The translations under genes were made by a program, and so were the position numbers. DNA of 64,000 nt from Armatimonadota bacterium (GTDB lineage Bacteria > Armatimonadota > Fimbriimonadia > Fimbriimonadales > GBS-DC), in NCBI GenBank assembly GCA_037445735.1, contig JBBIJY010000002.1:1-64000 (forward strand), written 5' to 3'. Below, piece by piece: positions 57,735 through 64,000 of the stretch. The notes beneath the pieces were generated by a model. That model saw nothing but the letters and a program-made list of their open reading frames with translations, searched no databases and was not told where the DNA came from. Position 1 is the stretch's first letter. Every line of letters starts with the position of its first letter.

Positions 57735-59933
57735 ATGCGACGCCAGACGGTCGTGATGGGCGGCTTTCTGTGGCTGTTAGGGACGCTCTGCTGGGCGCTG
57801 GATGACCCGCTCCAGCAGCCCATTACCTTTGACCAGCCCGCGCAGACCATCCGCCAGCTGCTGCGAACCCTCTCGGAGCAGACGGGCGTGAAACTGTTCG
57901 CTCCCAATCCTATCGGCAGGGAGATTGTACTGGTCTCTGTCAGGCAGATGCCCCTCAAGGAGCTGATGGCGCATCTGGCAACCGTGACAGACGGCGAATG
58001 GGTGCAGCGCCCTGATGGCTGCTACACACTGACGCGCACGCCGCGCGTCGTGCAGCAGCGCCGTCAGCAGGATAACGAGCGCATTCTGGAGGCGCTCAGG
58101 CGCACGCTGCAGAGCAAGGAGGTTCGCGAGCTGATCGCGCCGCTTACCCGACAGCAGGTGCGCCAGCGATTGAACGAGCTGAAAGAGCTGATGCGAACCG
58201 TCGAGTCGGAGAATCCGAGCAATCTATTTGAGACGAACTATCCCAGCAGGTTTTATGAGTTGCAGCGCTCCATGACAGTGGGCTATCGATTGACCTGGCG
58301 GCTGGTTCAACAGCTTGGGCTGAATCGCCTGCTTGAAATCCCTGTGGGTGAGCGGCGCGTGTTCAGCAATGTGAAGGGAGCCTATCTGCTGCCGCTGGGC
58401 TTCTCGCCTCGACCCCTGCTGGAGCAGTACCTGCAGGAGATTCAGATGGTTCATCAGGTGTGGAACAGCCCCACGGAGGGTATCCCAGCCGAGCATGTGC
58501 GCGAGTTCCATCAGCGCTATGGCCTGGTGGACGGCTCCTGGCTGGCTCCCATGTATCCCACCAGTCCCCTCACGCAGGTCTATCTAATTGTGCAGCGATT
58601 GAACCCCGATGCCTTCACCTGCTCCACGGAGGTCACCACCAGCGAGCTGGGTGTTCTGTCAATCCCTCAGCAAACCGATATTGCGCTGTTCGCGCTCAGT
58701 GCAGATGAAGAGGCGGCGGTGCAGGGTGGGAGCGAGCGTGTGGAGTGGAGCGAGCGCTCGCGCCAGTTTCTGGAAACCTTCCGCCAGCTGCAAAGCAGTT
58801 GCGAGCCTGTCGCATTGCCCGCGATTCTGGACCCAGCGCAGACCGAGCCGCTGAGTCTCATCCCGACCGAGGTGGTGCGCGCCTGCGCACACAAGCGCGG
58901 CAAATCGCTTGTCGCCCTGCTGCCTGATACCGTGATGGGAGTAGCAACGCTCGCGCTGAATGGCGAAACTGCCCTCGCCCAGTTTGAGGCTCACCTCAGA
59001 CACGACACGGAGTTCATCGAGACCGAGCATGTGCTGCTGCTCAAGCCGAGGTTCTCTTCCTATCAGTGGGATCAGCGCACTGACCGCGCCGCACTTAGCC
59101 AGCTGCTGCGCCAGATTCTTCAGCGCGGGCACATGCAGCTGAGCGACTACCTCATCCTCAGCCGCATGGTTCGGGATCGCTTCCGCTTCGACTCGCTATA
59201 CGCCTCCTATCTGGAGTTATGCGTGCCGATGGATGAGCTGTGGCGGCTGTGGGACGGCGATTTTCAGTTTATTCAGAGCCTGACGCCCCAGCAGATAGCG
59301 GCTCTGCAGGCGGGGCGCTCCCTCGCCCTGAAAGACCTTGCACCCGCCCAGCGCCAGCAGTTAATCCGGGACCTGTATTCAGGTCAATCCAGAGTTGACT
59401 CGCCGCGTCCGCCCGCTGATACCGACACCATCATTATCGAGGCGGACACAGAAGACGACATGCCCTTTATCGGCTTTGACCTGATTCACATCCTGTATCC
59501 TGACGGACTGCCCGCGCAAACCACCATTCGATTAGCCGACGCCCAGGAGGTGCCGGGCATCTTTGCGCAATGCAGGGCAGGCGTGTGGGGCAGTTTTCTG
59601 TCCCTCCGCAGTATGGCTGCCTGCCCACCTGGTAAAGAGCTGGAGACGGTACAGATTCGGACCAACAATGCGCCGCTGGCATGTATGCCGGGCTGGCACA
59701 GACCCTTTATTGTGGAGGTCAAAATCGGCAAAAACCACGCGGTCTACCTGCCCGTGAACGACCTGATGGGCGACCTGCGCTTTGGAGACGACCGCCTGAT
59801 TAAGGAGGCTAAACCCATCCGCTCGGTTGACGACCTGCCCGAAGCGTTCAGGAAGAAACTCGCTGAGTACCGCAAGGAGCAGCAAGAGATGGAAGAGCTG
59901 TTCAAGCGGTATGTTCCTGATCCGAAACCCTGA
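57735..59933 (+). CDS. Hypothetical exported protein (N-terminal STN/secretin-N-like segment)
   Basis: Signal peptide; LQQPITF..LL..LSEQTGV N-terminal pattern; no catalytic motif recognised. Confidence 0.7.
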   Translation: MRRQTVVMGGFLWLLGTLCWALDDPLQQPITFDQPAQTIRQLLRTLSEQTGVKLFAPNPIGREIVLVSVRQMPLKELMAHLATVTDGEWVQRPDGCYTLTRTPRVVQQRRQQDNERILEALRRTLQSKEVRELIAPLTRQQVRQRLNELKELMRTVESENPSNLFETNYPSRFYELQRSMTVGYRLTWRLVQQLGLNRLLEIPVGERRVFSNVKGAYLLPLGFSPRPLLEQYLQEIQMVHQVWNSPTEGIPAEHVREFHQRYGLVDGSWLAPMYPTSPLTQVYLIVQRLNPDAFTCSTEVTTSELGVLSIPQQTDIALFALSADEEAAVQGGSERVEWSERSRQFLETFRQLQSSCEPVALPAILDPAQTEPLSLIPTEVVRACAHKRGKSLVALLPDTVMGVATLALNGETALAQFEAHLRHDTEFIETEHVLLLKPRFSSYQWDQRTDRAALSQLLRQILQRGHMQLSDYLILSRMVRDRFRFDSLYASYLELCVPMDELWRLWDGDFQFIQSLTPQQIAALQAGRSLALKDLAPAQRQQLIRDLYSGQSRVDSPRPPADTDTIIIEADTEDDMPFIGFDLIHILYPDGLPAQTTIRLADAQEVPGIFAQCRAGVWGSFLSLRSMAACPPGKELETVQIRTNNAPLACMPGWHRPFIVEVKIGKNHAVYLPVNDLMGDLRFGDDRLIKEAKPIRSVDDLPEAFRKKLAEYRKEQQEMEELFKRYVPDPKP

Positions 59934-60813
59934 GTTCACTGTTGAGCAGGGTGCGGAAGGCGTGGGCGTACTCGTCGGGCGTGCCGAAGTCGAGCATCTG
60001 CCCCTCCACCTCCAGCAGATAGGCGGGCATGCGCGCGAGCAGGCGCTGCTGGGCATCCACCAGATACCATTCGCCCCTGCCAGGGCGGTACTCGTCGGCA
60101 ATCTCCGCCTGCACCTGCCAGAGTTCGGCGGGGAAACAGTAGATGCCGAAATGGGTGAAGAACTGTCCTTCGGGCAGATTGGGCGTGCACAGCGCCTGCT
60201 GGGCATACTCGCGTGTGGGCTTTTCCACCACCTGCTGGAGCCGATAGAGGCGCGGCTGCCCCGTCGGCTCACCCCGCAAGATGCCGTACCGCTCCACCAC
60301 CTGCAACGGCACGCGATAGACCGCATAGAGCGGCGCCCGCAGCGACTCGAACAGCGACAGCGCCTGCTCAATCGGCGAGCGCGCCCCCGTGCGCAACGGG
60401 ATATGGTCGCCCAGCATCACCAGCACAGGCTCATCCTGCGCAAACGCACGCGCACACCAGACGGCGTGCCCGAACCCGTACGGCTCCGACTGAACAATCA
60501 GTGCGATGCATCGCTGCAGGCGTCGCAACGCTTCAAAGGCGGCTTGCAGGTCAGGCTTGCGAGCGATCGCATCGCCATAGTGCGCCGTATCGCCCTCCAG
60601 AAAGCGGCGATAGACTGGCTCCTGATCGGGCGAGACCACCACGCCAATCTGTTCCACGCCCGCTTCGATGAGCGCGGTCGCAATCAGCTGCAGTCCTGTG
60701 GTGATGCGCCCGTCGCGCAGCACGAAGGGCATCAACCCCTTTGGCAACACGATGCTGACAGGGTAGAGGCGCGTGCCCAGCCCCGCCATCGGCACAATCG
60801 CTTTACGAATCAC
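59902..60813 (-). CDS. Sugar-phosphate nucleotidyltransferase (GalU-like)
   Basis: KAIVPMAGLGTRL.P...PK, Q.EP.GFGHAV, LGD, VVEKP, DFGTP; GTG start at 60813 inferred. Confidence 0.85.
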   Translation of the reverse strand: MIRKAIVPMAGLGTRLYPVSIVLPKGLMPFVLRDGRITTGLQLIATALIEAGVEQIGVVVSPDQEPVYRRFLEGDTAHYGDAIARKPDLQAAFEALRRLQRCIALIVQSEPYGFGHAVWCARAFAQDEPVLVMLGDHIPLRTGARSPIEQALSLFESLRAPLYAVYRVPLQVVERYGILRGEPTGQPRLYRLQQVVEKPTREYAQQALCTPNLPEGQFFTHFGIYCFPAELWQVQAEIADEYRPGRGEWYLVDAQQRLLARMPAYLLEVEGQMLDFGTPDEYAHAFRTLLNSELRVSDQEHTA

Positions 60814-60868
60814 ACCCACACGCCTATTATGGCACATCGGGTACAATCTCCAGCGGAGGGCGACAGCC

Positions 60869-62608
60869 ATCGCGAGCGAGAACATCATCCGGGAGATTCT
60901 GGTCAATGTCTCACCGCGTGAGACGCGCATCGCCGTGCTGGAGAACGGGCAGCTGATGGAGGTGCGTTTCGAGCGGGGCGAGCGTGTGGTGGGCAACATC
61001 TATAAGGGCGTCGTGCAGAATGTGCTGCCTGGCATGGATGCCGCCTTCGTCAATATCGGGCTGGAACGCAACGCCTTTTTGTATGTGGGCGACATCCTTC
61101 CGGAGGCGACCGAAGGCGAAGAGGCGCCCGCCTCGCTCAAACGCGCCGACCTGCGCAAGCGCAACATCAGCGAGCTGCTCAAAATCGGGCAGGAAATCCT
61201 GGTGCAGGTCATCAAGGCGCCGCGCGGCACCAAAGGCGCGCGCGTCACCACCCGACTCACCCTGCCCGGACGCTATGTGGTGCTGATGCCCGACGGCAGC
61301 CATCTGGGTGTCTCCCGCAAGATCGAAGACCGCACCGAGCGCGAACGCCTGCGCCAGATCGGACAGAAACTGCACCCGCCCGGCTTCGGGCTGATCCTGC
61401 GCACTGAAGCCGAAGGCAAAACCGAGAAGGAAATTAAGCAGGATATCGACTACCTCACCGAGCTATGGGAGACGATTCGCCAGCGGGCGCAGGAGGTGGA
61501 CCCGCCAGCGCTGGTGCATCGCGACGCCAGCCTGCTCTATCGCGTGCTGCGCGATATCTTCTCCGCCGAGGTCGCCCGACTCTGGATCGATGACCCCGAA
61601 GAGTACGAAAATGTGCATGAGGTGCTGCGCATGATTGCGCCCAGCCTGCGCTCGCGCGTGATGCTCTACGATAAGCCGACCCCGCTGTTTGAATATTTCA
61701 ATGTGGAGAAGGAGATGGAGCGCCTGCTGCGGCGCAAGGTGTGGCTCAAATCGGGCGGCTATATCACCATCGACGAAACGGAAGCCTTCACCGCCATCGA
61801 TGTGAACACGGGCAAGTTCACGGGCAAAACCTCGCTGGCGGACACCATCCTCAAGACCAATCTGGAGGCGGTGGAGGAGATTGGGCGCCAGTTGCGCCTG
61901 CGCGATATTGGCGGCATTATTGTGATTGACTTTATCGATATGGCGCGTCGGAGCGACCATCGGCAGGTGATGCAGGCGTTGCAGCGCGTGCTGAAGCGTG
62001 ACCGTGCGCGGTTCCGTATCGGGCGCATCAGCTCGCTGGGGCTGGTGGAGCTGACGCGCAAACGCACAGGCGAATCGGTGACGGAGGGTCTATCGGCGCC
62101 ATGCCCCATCTGCCACGGGCGCGGGCGCATCCCCTCGCCCGAAACGGTGAGCCTCTGGATCGAGCGCGAGCTGACCGCCCGCGCCCATAAAGAGCATGCC
62201 GAAGCCTACCTGATCGAGGCGCACCCCGACGCGATTGAGCATCTGGTGGGCGAGGACGGCGTGAACATCGAACTGCTCGAACACGCGCTGGAGTGCGCCC
62301 TGTTCGCCCGCGCCCGACCCGAAATGCCCATCGAAGAGTATCGGATTCAGGCGGGCACGCTCGACGGGCTGAAGCGCCAGTACCTGCCTTATCGACCCCT
62401 GCAGGTGGTCGAATGCCAGTTGAAGCGCTCCGCGCTGGACGAGGAGCAAAAGGTTGCGTGGACAGCGGGCGGCTACCTGCTGCTGTGGGAATCGGAGCCG
62501 CCCGCCCAGCCGACCAGCAAGGTCAAACTCAGCGAGGTGCGACGCTCCTTCGCCTTCGCCGAGCCTGTGCTGACCACCACTCCCATCACCAAAGCGGAGG
62601 TTGTGTGA
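60869..62608 (+). CDS. rng: Ribonuclease E/G family (Rne/Rng)
   Basis: GNIYKG.V..VLPGMDAAFV.IG (S1), AIDVNTG, DIGGIIVIDFIDM, CPIC.G.G; start appears to be ATC 60869. Confidence 0.92.
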   Translation: MASENIIREILVNVSPRETRIAVLENGQLMEVRFERGERVVGNIYKGVVQNVLPGMDAAFVNIGLERNAFLYVGDILPEATEGEEAPASLKRADLRKRNISELLKIGQEILVQVIKAPRGTKGARVTTRLTLPGRYVVLMPDGSHLGVSRKIEDRTERERLRQIGQKLHPPGFGLILRTEAEGKTEKEIKQDIDYLTELWETIRQRAQEVDPPALVHRDASLLYRVLRDIFSAEVARLWIDDPEEYENVHEVLRMIAPSLRSRVMLYDKPTPLFEYFNVEKEMERLLRRKVWLKSGGYITIDETEAFTAIDVNTGKFTGKTSLADTILKTNLEAVEEIGRQLRLRDIGGIIVIDFIDMARRSDHRQVMQALQRVLKRDRARFRIGRISSLGLVELTRKRTGESVTEGLSAPCPICHGRGRIPSPETVSLWIERELTARAHKEHAEAYLIEAHPDAIEHLVGEDGVNIELLEHALECALFARARPEMPIEEYRIQAGTLDGLKRQYLPYRPLQVVECQLKRSALDEEQKVAWTAGGYLLLWESEPPAQPTSKVKLSEVRRSFAFAEPVLTTTPITKAEVV

Positions 62609-63238
62609 ATGACACCGATCGAACTGCGTCAGGTACAGATCACTTTGAATGCGCCCGTCGGGGTGCTGACCGATGCGCGGCGCCAGCGGGTTCTGGAGGC
62701 GCTGGAGGGCGCGTTCGTGCCCCAGCCCGTGCCGTTTCAGGGCGCGTTCGCCGTGGTGAACCACGCCACGCGCGAGGCACTCTTTCTGACCGACGCCCAG
62801 CTGCAGTACACCGCCGAAGGCGAGGTTCACTTCTCGCCCGCGCGCGTGGAGGACCTGCTCGCCCGCATCCGCGATGGGCTGCTGCTCGATGACCGCTTCC
62901 CGCTCATCCTGCAGGTGATTGGACACAAGGACGCGAACGGCTCGGCGTTCGAGCGCACCGTCGACGCCTTCACGCCGCTGCCGCCCATCACCATGCGCCA
63001 GTATTTTCCGGGTCTGCGCGGGCTGGGGCTGCGGATTACCTTCGAGCAGTCGCCCTATGTGTGCGATCTGCGCATCGAACCGCTCTTCAATGACCCCGCC
63101 TACTTCTACATCCAGTTCAACGCCGGTTCCCAGCAGACGATGCTCTCGATTGCGCGCGTGGTGGATGATGTGAACGACTGGATCGACCGCCTGCAGGGCG
63201 AGATCAACGCCATCATCGAGGAGATGCTCGGCGGGTAG
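62609..63238 (+). CDS. Hypothetical protein immediately downstream of rng
   Basis: ATG directly follows the rng stop; typical codon usage. Confidence 0.7.
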   Translation: MTPIELRQVQITLNAPVGVLTDARRQRVLEALEGAFVPQPVPFQGAFAVVNHATREALFLTDAQLQYTAEGEVHFSPARVEDLLARIRDGLLLDDRFPLILQVIGHKDANGSAFERTVDAFTPLPPITMRQYFPGLRGLGLRITFEQSPYVCDLRIEPLFNDPAYFYIQFNAGSQQTMLSIARVVDDVNDWIDRLQGEINAIIEEMLGG

Positions 63239-63328
63239 CCAGCTCGACTCCCTCACCCGTGCTTTCTCTTTCAGTGGAGGGCTTGAGGGTGTCCGAAAAT
63301 ACGCGGGCATCCTATCCGCCTGTGTGAA

Positions 63329-63418
63329 GCCCCCTCACCCGTACCCTCTCCCCCGCGTGCGGGGGAGAGGGGTTATTTTCTCCCTCTCCCCTCTGGGGAG
63401 AGGGTAGGGGTGAGGGGC
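63329..63418. repeat. Inverted pair of CCCCTCACCC palindromic units (intergenic)
   Basis: Same tail-to-tail layout as 9882-9974. Confidence 0.85.
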
Positions 63419-63509
63419 ATCCTTACCTCTGGTTGGATTTTTCGAACAGCCTCTGGAGGGCTTGCAAAACGCGAAACATGGGGTATAATAGCAATGGAGG
63501 GTTCGCGCA

Positions 63510-64000
63510 ATGAAAAAGTGGGTTCTGCCAGGGCTGTTGTTCGGAGTGGCACTGCTGCTGCTATTTGCAGCGCCTGCTGGAGCAGAGCTGCGCGTGCGCC
63601 AGAAGTTGCCCGAAATGACCCTCACCGACCTCAAGGGCAACACGGTGAAACTTGGCGGTAAGCAGGACAAGGTGTACCTGATCGACTTCTGGGCGACCTG
63701 GTGCGGTCCGTGCCGCGCCGCCATCCCCTTCCTGCAGGAGCTGCACGATAAATACTCCAAGCGCGGGCTGGTGGTCGTTGGCATCGCGCTCGACTCTGGC
63801 TCCGAAGCGGAGGTGCGCAGCTTCGTGGAGCACAACGAGATGACCTACACCATCTGTGTGCCCAAAAACGAGGCTGAGGTGCAGCGCAAATATCGCATCG
63901 ATGGCTACCCCACGATGTATATCGTGGACAAGAAGGGCGTCATCCGCTACGCGGGTGTGGGCTACTCCGAAGAGGACGAGGAAGTCATCCTCAAGGTGAT
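63510..64000 (+). CDS. TlpA/ResA-like thiol-disulfide oxidoreductase (runs off the window)
   Basis: Not in the track; GGAGG RBS, signal peptide MKKWVLPGLLFG, DFWATWCGPC, GYPTMY.VDKKG. Confidence 0.9.
   Translation, partial: MKKWVLPGLLFGVALLLLFAAPAGAELRVRQKLPEMTLTDLKGNTVKLGGKQDKVYLIDFWATWCGPCRAAIPFLQELHDKYSKRGLVVVGIALDSGSEAEVRSFVEHNEMTYTICVPKNEAEVQRKYRIDGYPTMYIVDKKGVIRYAGVGYSEEDEEVILKV

Noticed and set aside
1..64000. tRNA/rRNA genes, integrases, transposases, prophage genes
   Set aside because: None recognised by eye; intergenic spaces are short and explained by promoters and repeats. A tRNAscan/Infernal run would be needed to exclude small RNAs.

Overview
GC-rich bacterial chromosomal window. 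The gene content (proteasome AAA ATPase, HAF-repeat protein with a dockerin-like tail, TolC, Wzi-like protein) suggests a diderm such as Armatimonadota, but that is inference only. It holds about 55 CDSs, mostly housekeeping or metabolic (era, rqcH, sucD, tkt, pepV-like, dacB, hpt, cutA, rng). A complete type I-B (Cst1/DevR-type) cas operon, cas6-cas8-cas7-cas5-cas3-cas4-cas1-cas2, lies at 49276-57195, and no CRISPR array is visible in the window. Main leads: (1) an internal RBS+ATG in cas8 for a hidden Cas11, an internal cas8 promoter inside cas6, and two repeat-like remnants upstream of cas6; (2) a palindromic REPIN-like element family inserted in frame in two protein genes; (3) a VWA-lipoprotein / membrane coiled-coil / P-loop NTPase-TPR cassette; (4) an AT-rich small-ORF + SDH/ClpP-fold protease pair upstream of sucD; (5) a probable AUC start codon for the RNase E/G gene; (6) an ops-like GGCGGTAG element before polysaccharide genes; (7) tandem Uma2 genes with an identical core behind the proteasome ATPase; (8) an in-frame TAG in a DUF4153-like gene. 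All calls are by eye from motifs; no searches were run.
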